61,311 nt of DNA, taken from a virus. Its lineage: Duplodnaviria; Caudoviricetes. The notes beneath the pieces were generated by a model. It was not told the origin of the DNA and did not search any database. It saw nothing but the letters and a program-made list of their open reading frames with translations. The stretch covers positions 1 to 61,311 of the IMG/VR virus record IMGVR_UViG_3300043399_000562; one strand, 5' to 3'. Numbering within the stretch: position 1 is the first letter of the stretch; each line of letters begins with the position of its first letter. Below are positions 36,397 through 45,935 of the stretch, piece by piece. A program made the position numbers and the translations under genes.

Positions 36397-36957
36397 GTGA
36401 ACAACATGGCATTTTGGTCTGTCATCGTCGGTAATATCGGCGAAGTGTGGAAGGGGACGAATGGCGCGGAAGCTATGCGTCAATTCGGACAATGGAAGGG
36501 TGAAAGTCTGGCCGATACTGGCCGGGCAGCGGGTGAACCCGTTACCCTGACGCGAGGCGATTACCCCGTTCGCGAACACCTAGGGCATCGATGGTTTTTC
36601 TATCGTTTCGGCGACGGAAACGAAGGGAACTATCCGCGTTTTTACGTCCGGGTAATGAATGATACATGCCCCTATCGATACTTGGCTGCATGTGTGGCGA
36701 ATCGCTACATCGTGGGTTCTCGCACGCGTCGCTACATCGTCAAAAACATGCAAACCGATGGTGAACCGGACTACGGTATCCATGCCACGGTTTACGATGG
36801 TCCGGACGGCGAGCAAGCATTCGGGGCAGCCTGGATTACCGCAGAGTTCGAACCCGCGGAATACTCCGACGTTGCGCGAACAAACATGCCCGTGTTTGTC
36901 GATCCGCGTGATCACTTGGATCGATCGGCCATGCGCATGCTCAAGGGAGGGAAGTAA
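36397..36957 (+). CDS. Hypothetical protein
   Basis: Co-oriented island ORF. Confidence 0.65.
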   Translation: MNNMAFWSVIVGNIGEVWKGTNGAEAMRQFGQWKGESLADTGRAAGEPVTLTRGDYPVREHLGHRWFFYRFGDGNEGNYPRFYVRVMNDTCPYRYLAACVANRYIVGSRTRRYIVKNMQTDGEPDYGIHATVYDGPDGEQAFGAAWITAEFEPAEYSDVARTNMPVFVDPRDHLDRSAMRMLKGGK

Positions 36958-36959
36958 TC

Positions 36960-37403
36960 ATGCGGGTTTTTAACACCTATGCCGAATTGCAGGATGCCAT
37001 GGAATCGGGTTCTTTCCTTTTCCTGCCTGAATTCATGCCGGCCGGGTTTGTCTGCCAAACCTGCAAGAAAACGATTCAGTTTCCTATGCAAGGGGCTGGC
37101 ACGGGTTACGGGTTGGACTATGCCAATCGAATGCACTGCTATGCATGTTGCGAACAAAATGAACGCAACTACATGGAAAGGGAGACTGTATTTACGGGCT
37201 ACCTGTCATCCGATGGTAAACATTTCACTACTTGGACGGGTGGAGTTCTCGGCGCGGTAACCCGTGAAACCGAAAGCCGCACGGGCTGGCATGGGTCAAC
37301 CCTTACCCATGTTCGCATTCGCGATTGGATAGGCCGAGAGTGGCACGGTAAGGGGTCCGGTCGGGGTATGGTTCTTCGCGTTCATCGTTGCAAGGGGAAA
37401 TGA
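36960..37403 (+). CDS. Cys-rich hypothetical protein
   Basis: CxxC...GTGYG...CYAC; GGAGG SD. Confidence 0.75.
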   Translation: MRVFNTYAELQDAMESGSFLFLPEFMPAGFVCQTCKKTIQFPMQGAGTGYGLDYANRMHCYACCEQNERNYMERETVFTGYLSSDGKHFTTWTGGVLGAVTRETESRTGWHGSTLTHVRIRDWIGREWHGKGSGRGMVLRVHRCKGK

Positions 37404-37406
37404 GAA

Positions 37407-37823
37407 ATGATGAGCCCAACAGAGTTGGACATTACCCGTTTCGTCAACGAAGCCGCGCCGATGGATTACTCGGCATCCGTGGCAGAAATTGGCCAGAATG
37501 CAGGGCCGGATACTTGGCGCGCAGCATGCGACGATTCCGACGATTGGCCACTACTGCAAACCGATGAACAGCGCGAGGCATTCCGGGCTTTCGTCAGGGA
37601 TTCGGGCGGATGGTCTCGCGAGGAAATAGCAGCATGGTCTGATGCCGAATTGAATGCGCTATGCATTCAATGGGTGGCAGGTGATATTCGGGAATGCGGA
37701 ATCCGGCCCGGAATGACCGATGGGGAATGGGGGGAGATTCAATCACAGATGGAAGATGGGCTAATCCCCTCCAGAATCGGTCAATCAATCGATGGCGGGT
37801 GGCTTTTCTACATTGGGAGCTAA
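37407..37823 (+). CDS. Acidic hypothetical protein
   Basis: YSASVAEIG...GGWSREEI. Confidence 0.75.
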   Translation: MMSPTELDITRFVNEAAPMDYSASVAEIGQNAGPDTWRAACDDSDDWPLLQTDEQREAFRAFVRDSGGWSREEIAAWSDAELNALCIQWVAGDIRECGIRPGMTDGEWGEIQSQMEDGLIPSRIGQSIDGGWLFYIGS

Positions 37824-37829
37824 TCAATC

Positions 37830-38258
37830 GTGAAAACACTAAAACAAATTGGGATGGCCCCTAGTGGTGCGCATTTCACAAGAGAAACCATTCGGCATTT
37901 CATGGCCCGGGCATTCTTTGCGAGTGCTTGGGCAGACCAATGCGAGGAAACTGGAAATGCCCGCATTCTGTCGGGCCGGGAAATACTGAACCTAATCCCG
38001 TCCGAATTCGACCCCGCAGCATGGCATGCTGCCGACACTCTGATTTTCGACCTTGAGAGTTCCAACAATGGCAAGCCGGTCGAAACGCTTTATGCGGATG
38101 CCCTGAAGCAAAACCCGATAGCGGTTTCCGAATTCGGACATTATTGCGCCATGGAATCCATGGGGCACGGGGTGGGGCTTTTTGACTACGGCATCGATTG
38201 TGTGAATGTCCCGTATGTCGAATTCGGTTCGCACAGTCTGCAAAAGGATTACTTTTAA
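37830..38258 (+). CDS. Hypothetical protein
   Basis: FGHYCAMESMGHGVG. Confidence 0.7.
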   Translation: MKTLKQIGMAPSGAHFTRETIRHFMARAFFASAWADQCEETGNARILSGREILNLIPSEFDPAAWHAADTLIFDLESSNNGKPVETLYADALKQNPIAVSEFGHYCAMESMGHGVGLFDYGIDCVNVPYVEFGSHSLQKDYF

Positions 38259-38614
38259 TGCGCACGCCCAGCATCAAAACCCTATCGGATGTTTTCTCCA
38301 ATCCGAGGGAGGCTAAAAGAATCATTTCTATGGGGTGGGCCGAATTGAGCGTTCATCCGGTGGCAGTAGCCAGAATTCGAGAATGCTATAACCCACCGAA
38401 AAAGTACGATGTCAGGCTTACCGTGCTGAATTCAATCGAACCCGGTTTGCATGGCGTGGAAGGTGCGGAATCGACCGATGGAGAGTGGGCTACCTATTTG
38501 AACGCGGGCGATACATACGCACCCACTGTCATTTACTGGCGCGGATCTTACCGGGTGCAGTCTCTAGGGGATTTTGTCGAAACCATGGAACGCCAACGGG
38601 TGCATTTCAAATGA
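38258..38614 (+). CDS. Hypothetical protein
   Basis: TAATG overlap; HGVE...YLNAGDTYAPT. Confidence 0.75.
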   Translation: MRTPSIKTLSDVFSNPREAKRIISMGWAELSVHPVAVARIRECYNPPKKYDVRLTVLNSIEPGLHGVEGAESTDGEWATYLNAGDTYAPTVIYWRGSYRVQSLGDFVETMERQRVHFK

Positions 38615-38823
38615 CCCGCTTTACGGTCTTCCTGCTCCGCCTAGGGGCATGCGTGCTTGTCATGGTCGGGGCGATCGTGGCATGCGCCCTGCGCCTATGG
38701 TCTGGCATGCCACCCGCCGACGTGCTCAAGGGGCTAGGTGTTGGGATCATCCTCGCGTGGGTGGTGGGGCCGGACCATGCCGAGATGCGGGCAATCGTGG
38801 GCGTGCTCACCGATCGCGATTGA
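38611..38823 (+). CDS. Small membrane protein
   Basis: ATGA overlap; two hydrophobic segments. Confidence 0.55.
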   Translation: MTRFTVFLLRLGACVLVMVGAIVACALRLWSGMPPADVLKGLGVGIILAWVVGPDHAEMRAIVGVLTDRD

Positions 38824-38876
38824 CGTGCCCAGGGCGCCAAGCGTGCACGGATGCAAACATCCGATTGCGTTTTTGC

Positions 38877-38907
38877 ATGACACTGGGGCGCAGTGTCGGA
38901 GTAGGAT
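38877..38907 (+). promoter_or_regulatory. Promoter with 19-bp spacer and GACACTG-N5-CAGTGTC dyad
   Basis: ATGACA-19-TAGGAT; same layout as the site at 35579. Confidence 0.5.
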
Positions 38908-38940
38908 TGCACCATCGCAACCTGAACCGGAGCACGCAAC

Positions 38941-39168
38941 ATGCCCACCATCGATCACAAGCAATTCATTTCGGAAGAATCCGCGTACTTCATGAATGAT
39001 TGCATTTACCCCGCAATCGACGATATGCGGGAAGGGTTTGACGTACTTTCCATGGGTGGGTGCATCGATGCGCCGGAATGGCTCCCCGCCGGATCGGTCC
39101 GAAACGCTGCAATCAATCCTAGTGGCATCTGTATTGCTGCTCGCGGGTTTCATCGCGTCTTCAACTGA
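38941..39168 (+). CDS. Hypothetical protein
   Basis: GGAG SD. Confidence 0.65.
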   Translation: MPTIDHKQFISEESAYFMNDCIYPAIDDMREGFDVLSMGGCIDAPEWLPAGSVRNAAINPSGICIAARGFHRVFN

Positions 39169-39192
39169 CCCCCATACGATAGGTATCAACCC

Positions 39193-39384
39193 ATGACACT
39201 TATCCAAGCACAACAGCGCTATATCGATCGCGTTAACGGGTGCCACCGTGGGCACGCTCGTCGGGTTGCCCGTGCAGCATGGCGTGAATTGTTCGAATGG
39301 GCACAAGCCCGGGGGATGAATGCCCGCGCTGTCTGCCAAGATGCTGCCGACATCGCCCGGCTTGAAATGGGGGCCGACGAATGA
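39193..39384 (+). CDS. Hypothetical protein
   Basis: AGGT SD; coupled to the next gene. Confidence 0.6.
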   Translation: MTLIQAQQRYIDRVNGCHRGHARRVARAAWRELFEWAQARGMNARAVCQDAADIARLEMGADE

Positions 39385-39827
39385 CACTCGAACAAATCAA
39401 GGCAGCCGTGAAAGCCGGATATCGTGTCTGCCATGAGAACCCGGGTTATGTCGTCTCATGTGACAGCCTCGGACAATGGCATATCACCTACACCCCGAAT
39501 GGCTATTGCATCGGATTGACCCATCGAGATGGCGTGACGATGAATGGCCAGCCGGATCGGTTCTTTATCGATCGGTCGACCCCGGGGGCAGAGATTCGTG
39601 CCATGCGCGCCGAGCTTGCATCCGCACAAACACTGGCCGAGCTTGACCGGCTGTATTCCGAATGGATCGGATATAGCCGGGTTGACGATGATCGGGAAGC
39701 CGGTATCGATACCGACGAATCGGACCTTCGCGACACACTGACTGGATATATCGAAGAACTCCGGGCTTCTTATTCATGGCGGGTTACTTGGGGAAGTCTA
39801 CAGTCTGACTATCGTTTCGACGGTTGA
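39381..39827 (+). CDS. Hypothetical protein
   Basis: MTLEQIKAAVKAG...IGLTHRDG. Confidence 0.7.
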   Translation: MTLEQIKAAVKAGYRVCHENPGYVVSCDSLGQWHITYTPNGYCIGLTHRDGVTMNGQPDRFFIDRSTPGAEIRAMRAELASAQTLAELDRLYSEWIGYSRVDDDREAGIDTDESDLRDTLTGYIEELRASYSWRVTWGSLQSDYRFDG

Positions 39828-39849
39828 CCCGATAAGCCACTAGACAACT

Positions 39850-39957
39850 CAGGCCCCCGCATGGGGGCTTTGTCGTTTCTAGGCTGCCCGTGCATTAGTT
39901 CGCATGGGTTGACCCACTACAGCCAGCAGGCCCCCGCATGGGGGCTTTGTCGTTTCT
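39850..39957 (+). terminator. Duplicated intrinsic terminator (31 bp, two copies)
   Basis: CAGGCCCCCGCATGGGGGCTTTGTCGTTTCT at 39850-39880 and 39927-39957. Confidence 0.8.
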
Positions 39958-39960
39958 GGG

Positions 39961-40049
39961 GCTGGCGGGCTGGCGGGGTGGCGGGCTGGCGGGCTGGCGG
40001 GCTGGCGGGCTGGCGGGCTGGCGGGCTGGCATGGCTAGCGGGCTGGCGG
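39961..40049 (+). repeat. GCTGGCGG octamer array (8 perfect + 3 variant units)
   Basis: Read directly from the sequence. Confidence 0.95.
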
Positions 40050-40240
40050 GCTGAACTAATTCGCCATGGGCAGGGGATGGCAGGGGTCGACCGATTAAAA
40101 CAGCCTAGGATCGATCGGGCAACATGGCATGTAGGGCACCCTCACCTAGCCCGATTGCGTGGCCTAGCGATTGATCTAGCGATTCCTATGACTATCGATC
40201 ACATGGCATGGGTCCCTCTCCGGTCAGGCCGCCGATCGGG

Positions 40241-40252
40241 GGTGCGCAGAGC
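40241..40252. other. cos site (12-nt cohesive end GGTGCGCAGAGC)
   Basis: Matches the 12-nt cos I recall for phage Chi; flanked by the inverted repeat CGATCGGG/CCCGATCG; genome has a lambda-type terminase. Confidence 0.8.
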
Positions 40253-40845
40253 CCCGATCGCCTGAAATTTTCTATCAAAATTCATCATTTTATGAAAAAT
40301 TGAATCAAAAGTTGCAACGCGACCATTCCGATGGCCCGCCACATGGTGTTCGACGCGCGATTCGAGTCCGATGGTGCCCGAGCCGGGTGTCGGTCTGGCG
40401 GATGCAGACGCGCATCCAGTCCAACGGATTGGCCGCTAAACGCACGGATTGACATTCAGTCCAATGGATTCGACTGATCTCGGGTACTGTGCTTCTGACG
40501 ATTTCTACCCCCTCCCCTGGGGGTATAAAGGAAATTAGGTTTTTAGTTGTAACTTTGTAACAAAGTTGTGTTCAATGAACACTACAGTTTGTTGAATGCT
40601 GCAAAATTAAGCAGCAATTCTCTCTTAACCCCCCATCCCCCCCTAGAAACAGTCAGCTAGTAAGCATGAAAAGTACGTGAATCCAAACCATCGGATCAAA
40701 ATGCGACTTTTGTTGCGAGATGATCGAGTCGATGATTGAGGGATGATCATGTGTAACGGCGGGGGTAAGGGGTGCTAATTTTGTTGCGCAAATTCGTCAT
40801 TTGTCGCAACACTTCGGCCCAACGGCAGCAACGTCGAGCAGACGT

Positions 40846-40867
40846 AAAAAAGCCGCCCGAAGGCGGC
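40846..40867 (-). terminator. Intrinsic terminator of the primase/MTase operon
   Basis: GCCGCC-TTCG-GGCGGC-TTTTTT on the minus strand. Confidence 0.85.
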
Positions 40868-40902
40868 CGTTTGATTCATTGGATTGAACTTGATTCTGTG
40901 GA

Positions 40903-41748
40903 TTAGAGTTCGTCTTCAGAGTTCGTCCGGCCCATCCCGCACTTCCCTGTAAGCGAGAATGAACTGTGCCGCGACTTCCGCGACGATCGCGTTTCCGTAG
41001 GCGCGCAGTCGTCCCACTCGGGCGGCAGCCCCATGAGCCAGCGGGAATGCTCCGGATTCAACTGGCCGCCACTTTCCATCCCGGCAGGCAAGCCAGTCAA
41101 CATCTCTCCAGAAGCCGTTAGTCGCGCCTTCTGCAAAAGAACCACTGCGTGATTGAGTGTGATGTTCTTTGTTGTGAAAGTCTGCGAAGGGTGGCGAATA
41201 GAGTCGTTCGTTGTTGGAGTCGGCCAGCCCGCCAGGTTGGCCACCCGAGGCAACTGATCGAACCGCTGGCGCCCGTTGTCCGAACGCGGAGTGATGTCGC
41301 AACCGCTGTCTTTCCAGTCGCGAGACGCTGGAGTCGGCCACCCAGTACAGCCGCTGTCTGATGTGCGGAGCACCGACGCCCGCAGCGCAGAGATCGAATT
41401 GCCCGAAGGCGTATTTCTCGGCTTCCATGTCAGCGCGTACAAGGTCGATCCACGCGAGGCCATCCTTGCTTGCAACCTGCTCTCCAAGCACCGTGTCAGG
41501 TCGCAACTCGCAGATGAGGTGAAAGAGGGCTGGCCAAAGATGCCGCTCATCAGCAAACCCATCTCCTTTGCCTGCCGCGGAGAAAGGTTGACACGGGCAG
41601 CTTGCTGTCCAGACCTTGCGATCATCGCGCCAGCCGGCCCGTCGCAGTGCGTGGCTCCAGACGCCGATTCCGGCGAAGAAGTGGCACTGATCGTATCCTC
41701 GAAGGTCATCTGGTCTGACATCTTCAATGCTTCTTTCGTCAACATCAC
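40903..41748 (-). CDS. Out-of-frame nested C5-MTase partner (beta-like) polypeptide
   Basis: 281-codon open frame; WPTP repeats and [16 protein letters not shown]; start uncertain. Confidence 0.6.
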   Translation of the reverse strand: MMLTKEALKMSDQMTFEDTISATSSPESASGATHCDGPAGAMIARSGQQAARVNLSPRQAKEMGLLMSGIFGQPSFTSSASCDLTRCLESRLQARMASRGSTLYALTWKPRNTPSGNSISALRASVLRTSDSGCTGWPTPASRDWKDSGCDITPRSDNGRQRFDQLPRVANLAGWPTPTTNDSIRHPSQTFTTKNITLNHAVVLLQKARLTASGEMLTGLPAGMESGGQLNPEHSRWLMGLPPEWDDCAPTETRSSRKSRHSSFSLTGKCGMGRTNSEDEL

Positions 41749-41833
41749 CGGGAGCGATCAACCCCTTGCGGATGAGGCGGCGCAACCACTCGGCCGTGTA
41801 CTCGTCGATCTCGTTGTAGTACGCGCCGCTCAC
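40916..41833 (-). CDS. DNA cytosine-5 methyltransferase (alpha-like)
   Basis: [29 protein letters not shown]. Confidence 0.9.
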   Translation of the reverse strand: MSGAYYNEIDEYTAEWLRRLIRKGLIAPGDVDERSIEDVRPDDLRGYDQCHFFAGIGVWSHALRRAGWRDDRKVWTASCPCQPFSAAGKGDGFADERHLWPALFHLICELRPDTVLGEQVASKDGLAWIDLVRADMEAEKYAFGQFDLCAAGVGAPHIRQRLYWVADSSVSRLERQRLRHHSAFGQRAPAVRSVASGGQPGGLADSNNERLYSPPFADFHNKEHHTQSRSGSFAEGATNGFWRDVDWLACRDGKWRPVESGAFPLAHGAAARVGRLRAYGNAIVAEVAAQFILAYREVRDGPDEL

Positions 41834-44454
41834 AACTCGTCATCCTCTTCCTTGAAGCCATCGACTTCACCGGCAAACACCATCGACCGCAGGGCAACCC
41901 CTCGAATCAGCACGACGCCTCCGCTCTTGATCGCAAAGCGCACTCCGATGGACCGGACGATCTCCGACTCCATCTCGTCGTACAGCTTCTGCTTGCCCAG
42001 CGGCTTGCGGTTCGACTCACGGCACCACGATGCGTAGGCCACGTAGAACGCGGCCCGGTGCAGATCCACACCAGGGAACTCACCGATCACGCAGACGTCA
42101 CGGTCGTAGATGAACTCCATGAGCGTGCTGCTGCGATGGCGCCACTGGCTCATCAGCTTGTGATGCGGGCCGGTCAGTACGAAGTGGCCACGTTCGAGCA
42201 GACGCTTCGCGCCAGTCATGAACTTGGCAGCCACGCCGGGCAACTCGTTGGCGATGATCTTCTCGGCTAGGTCAGGGTCAATGTCATCGTCCCGGCCGAT
42301 CAGCGAGTTCCTGAACTCCATCAGCAGCCATCGCGTATAGAACGCCTCGGTGTGATCGCGAGTGAAGATGAAGTTGTTGGCGTTGAAGATGTGCCCAGCA
42401 GATGACCGGAACTGGAAGGGCATGTGATTCGGTCGCCGAGCCGTGAGCGGATCGCGTCCGGTGACGCGCTTGAATGCGGCAGCGTCGATCGGCACCTCGT
42501 CGCTCAGTTCGCCGACGACGTTGATGCGCTTGGCGGCCAGGTCAGCAAGGTAATACTCCCTCGACCACACGTCCGGTGAGATCGAGCCGATCGCATTGGC
42601 AGGAAGCATCGCGCAGATGATCTTCATGATCGTGCCCTTGCCGGCACGCCCCTTGCCCTTCATGAACAGCACCTTCTCGTACTTGCAGGCGACGCCGAGA
42701 AGGCAGGCGCCTCCATACTCTTCGAGCAGATGTTCCTGTTCCTGTCCTGCATCGCCGTCGAACGCTGCGGCCATCAGCTTGTCCCACAGTGGCGTGGGCA
42801 TAACACGAGGCACGACCTGACTGAGAACACGTTGCCGATGATGGGCACCGAGTTCTTCCTTCAGGACAACGCCACCCTCGATCTTGTAGAACCGCTTCTC
42901 GCAGGCCATGCCGACAGGAGCCTGCTCGAAGAACTCTTCGTTCCCTTCGGCAGCAATCGAGTAGGCGTGATTGGCGATCGCCAGGTAGTCGGTGCGACGG
43001 TTGCAGTTGTCCATGCCATCGAACTCACGGGCAACCTCAACCTCGAATTCGTTCGGCGCCTTGCCGACCCACACACGATCTCGCTTGTCGTAGACCCACA
43101 GCTTGCCTTCGACGCCAACAGCATCGACGCCAGACTTCTCTTCGATGATCTGCAGCAAGCGCCGAGCGTAGTTCGCGTGAGTGGGCTCCCCATGCTCGCG
43201 ACTCTTCTTGCGCGCCATCGCTATCGAGCGTCGGACATCGGCGATTCCGATCTTGCACTTGCGTGCCAGTTCGCGCGCCAGCACGGCTTCGTCCATGGGC
43301 TCAAGCTGGGCTTCGGCGATACGCTCGATCAAGACCTTGCGGTCGTCCCGCGTGGCATCAGACGTGGCGATAGCGGCCGAGATGTCCTCATAGGCTTGAC
43401 GCTCTGCCTCTTCGTCTCGCACGGGTGTGCGCGAAGCGTCCCATCCAGCTTCCTTGGCCAGGTGGAACAGCGACCCGAGCGTGACGGTCTTCGTGCCTTT
43501 CTCACGCTTGAGCGATCTCCAGTCGCGAGCGAAGTCGCGAGAGTCGTACTTGCCTTCTTCTGACTTCTCTGCCCACTGCTGGGCCAACTCTTCTGCGCAG
43601 ATCCATCCGGTCCACTTCAGACCCGCGAGAACGTCGAGGTATTCCTCGCGCGAGCAGTCCGGGCTGATGTGTTGCAGGGCCTCACACACCCGCTCGACCT
43701 CGGCATCTGACTCTTCTGGCGGCATCTGCAGCGCCAGCACGTCACCCGCCCCACTGCTAGAGCCATCGTCTGCATCGCCGACCTTCGTCCAGCCCCGCTC
43801 CAAGCAGATGCGCTCGAACTCGCGGCAGACACCCCGGGCCTGATCGGCATCGATCGTGGGTAACTCGCTGACATCCATGCACAGCGGCTCTTCGAAGTCG
43901 CCGGGCCAGGTGTAAGGCTTCAGCGTCTCCGGATGGATGTGATAAGCGACGAACTGCTGACCCTCTCCGAGCACTTCGACGCGCTGCTTGAGCGGCTTGC
44001 CGTCCTTGCGACGCGGGTTCTGAGGGTCGATGAACGACGCTGAGACGATCTTCGTGAATGGCTGGTCGGTGCGGAAGACCAGCAGCCGCTTTGGTGCCTT
44101 GCCGATGCGCAGCGGAGCATCGTCGAGGTTGTCACGGATGAAGCGTTCCATCTCATCGCAGATGCGCTCGTCCAGGCAATCGATGTCGATGGCCGGTGTG
44201 TGCTTCGTGAGGATGCCGATGCCGTCGCCATTGGAGACGTTCGGCAGCGTCACCGATCGACCGTTGTGCTCGACCTTGTGCGTGCCGTGCAGGAAGGATT
44301 GGTACTGGACCGGCGAGGACGGGGCGACTTCCTGCCAGTTGGTGACCTTCGGGCCTTTGCCGCCCTGTGGGATTGGGACGATGGACCATCCGAGGATGAC
44401 CAGCTTTGCCCCGACTGTTGCGAAGGGGCCTTTCATGCTGCGTCTCCTGGCCAT
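41830..44454 (-). CDS. Primase-polymerase / PriCT / D5-like SF3 helicase
   Basis: AIDID, QFVAYHIHP, TLGSLFHLAKEAGW, GKGRAGKGT. Confidence 0.9.
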   Translation of the reverse strand: MARRRSMKGPFATVGAKLVILGWSIVPIPQGGKGPKVTNWQEVAPSSPVQYQSFLHGTHKVEHNGRSVTLPNVSNGDGIGILTKHTPAIDIDCLDERICDEMERFIRDNLDDAPLRIGKAPKRLLVFRTDQPFTKIVSASFIDPQNPRRKDGKPLKQRVEVLGEGQQFVAYHIHPETLKPYTWPGDFEEPLCMDVSELPTIDADQARGVCREFERICLERGWTKVGDADDGSSSGAGDVLALQMPPEESDAEVERVCEALQHISPDCSREEYLDVLAGLKWTGWICAEELAQQWAEKSEEGKYDSRDFARDWRSLKREKGTKTVTLGSLFHLAKEAGWDASRTPVRDEEAERQAYEDISAAIATSDATRDDRKVLIERIAEAQLEPMDEAVLARELARKCKIGIADVRRSIAMARKKSREHGEPTHANYARRLLQIIEEKSGVDAVGVEGKLWVYDKRDRVWVGKAPNEFEVEVAREFDGMDNCNRRTDYLAIANHAYSIAAEGNEEFFEQAPVGMACEKRFYKIEGGVVLKEELGAHHRQRVLSQVVPRVMPTPLWDKLMAAAFDGDAGQEQEHLLEEYGGACLLGVACKYEKVLFMKGKGRAGKGTIMKIICAMLPANAIGSISPDVWSREYYLADLAAKRINVVGELSDEVPIDAAAFKRVTGRDPLTARRPNHMPFQFRSSAGHIFNANNFIFTRDHTEAFYTRWLLMEFRNSLIGRDDDIDPDLAEKIIANELPGVAAKFMTGAKRLLERGHFVLTGPHHKLMSQWRHRSSTLMEFIYDRDVCVIGEFPGVDLHRAAFYVAYASWCRESNRKPLGKQKLYDEMESEIVRSIGVRFAIKSGGVVLIRGVALRSMVFAGEVDGFKEEDDEL

Positions 44455-44479
44455 CTCCCAACGAAGGAGATGATGTAGG

Positions 44480-44770
44480 TCATTGTTGGTCGGCTTCGAT
44501 GCTCAGGGGTTCGGTGAGTGCGTTGTGCGGGAGTACGTGTTCCCCGACATAGGCTGAGATCTTCATCGCGGTTGGCAGCGAGAACGTGCCCCGCTTGATG
44601 TACTTGTAGATGAGCGTGCGGTCCACGCCGACCAGCTTCGCGAAGACGGATAGACTCCCGCCCTTCGCGGTCTGCAGAGCAGCCATGTGGATCAGGTACT
44701 GCAGCCGCGCCTCGGCCTGTTTCTGCGGCCCTTTGGCGAGCCGGACCCATGGTGGGAATCGCATCGTCAA
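44480..44770 (-). CDS. HTH (Cro-like) protein
   Basis: LSVFAKLVGVDRTLIYKYI. Confidence 0.7.
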   Translation of the reverse strand: MTMRFPPWVRLAKGPQKQAEARLQYLIHMAALQTAKGGSLSVFAKLVGVDRTLIYKYIKRGTFSLPTAMKISAYVGEHVLPHNALTEPLSIEADQQ

Positions 44771-44882
44771 CCTCTCACTCGTTGTCCTGAGTCGTCGGCC
44801 AGTGTATGCGAAAAATGTTGACGTTTTGCACCTTTTGTGGAACAGTCCACCGCACCGACACCCCTCATCAACGGAGATTCCG

Positions 44883-45386
44883 ATGATCGATCATCACAGG
44901 CTGCCGCCCATGCAAGTCGTGCAGGAATTCATGCGTATCGGCGGGCAGAAGACCAACATCTTCGATGCTCAACAAGCCACGTTGTACGTGGGCCTGGTGC
45001 TCGAAGAGGTGGCCGAGATGCTGCGCACGCTGCAGGCCGGCTCGGTTGATACGCTGGGGCGCTCGCGCTACACGATCCTGATCTCGGATCTGAAGGCTCT
45101 GTCCAGCGAGATGAAGCAGGGCTTCCACATGGGCGATGTCCTGCGCTGCACCCACACCAATCTGCTGGACGATGCGTTCGACGTGAGTTGGGTCGCGATG
45201 GGACTCATGCTTTCCGTCTCGATCAGCGCAAGTGCGGCATGGCGCGAAGGTGCACGATCCAACCTGGCGAAGTTCCCGAATGGCGTCGCAAAGCGCGATG
45301 CGAACGGCAAGATTCAGAAGCCCGAGGGTTGGAAGCCGCCCAACTTCCTTCCCTACGTTCAGCAGATGAACGACGAGCGTACCTGA
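44883..45386 (+). CDS. MazG-like NTP pyrophosphatase
   Basis: LEEVAE, SNLAK, RDANGKIQKPEGWKPP. Confidence 0.75.
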   Translation: MIDHHRLPPMQVVQEFMRIGGQKTNIFDAQQATLYVGLVLEEVAEMLRTLQAGSVDTLGRSRYTILISDLKALSSEMKQGFHMGDVLRCTHTNLLDDAFDVSWVAMGLMLSVSISASAAWREGARSNLAKFPNGVAKRDANGKIQKPEGWKPPNFLPYVQQMNDERT

Positions 45387-45485
45387 CCACCATTCATCGC
45401 GTATCATCGCGATTCCACTGTCGGGTGACGCGCCCACCATTCGGCAGTGTTCATCACGAGGGCATCACCTAGTACGGAGCAATCC

Positions 45486-45833
45486 ATGAGCATCACCCTG
45501 ACCTACACCTTCGCCAACGAAGCCGAACTGCAGCAGCACCTCACCTCGCGCGGCGCCGCGGCCCCCGCCGAGAAGACCGCGCCGGCCCCGGCACCGGAGA
45601 AGAAGGCGGCTGCGCCGGCCGTCGAGAAGAAGGCCGCCCCCAAGAGCGAGCGCAGCCGCGAAGAGATGGTGGCGGCACTGAACGAGGTCAAGGAGGCCAA
45701 GGGCGCCGACGCGGCCAAGGGCATCATCCGCGACACGGGCGGCGTGGCAAAGATGGCCGAGATCCCCGACAACAAGATCGATGCCGTCTACGAGGCGGCG
45801 AAGAAGGCTATGGAAGCGGACGAAGGGATCTGA
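45486..45833 (+). CDS. Hypothetical protein with A/P/K-rich linker
   Basis: GGAG SD; precedes DUF2800 as in Chi-like phages. Confidence 0.75.
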   Translation: MSITLTYTFANEAELQQHLTSRGAAAPAEKTAPAPAPEKKAAAPAVEKKAAPKSERSREEMVAALNEVKEAKGADAAKGIIRDTGGVAKMAEIPDNKIDAVYEAAKKAMEADEGI

Positions 45834-45935
45834 TCACTCCATGCGTCTGAAGTGTTCCCCGCTGCCCCGGGGCACTTCGCTGGCCGTGTGATCACACTTC
45901 ACTGTGGATGATATGACCCCGGCACTGCCAGCAAA

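Noticed and set aside
39861-40265. 134-aa ORF with (LAGWRAGG)n repeats
   Set aside because: It is a translation of the octamer repeat that starts inside a terminator and crosses cos.
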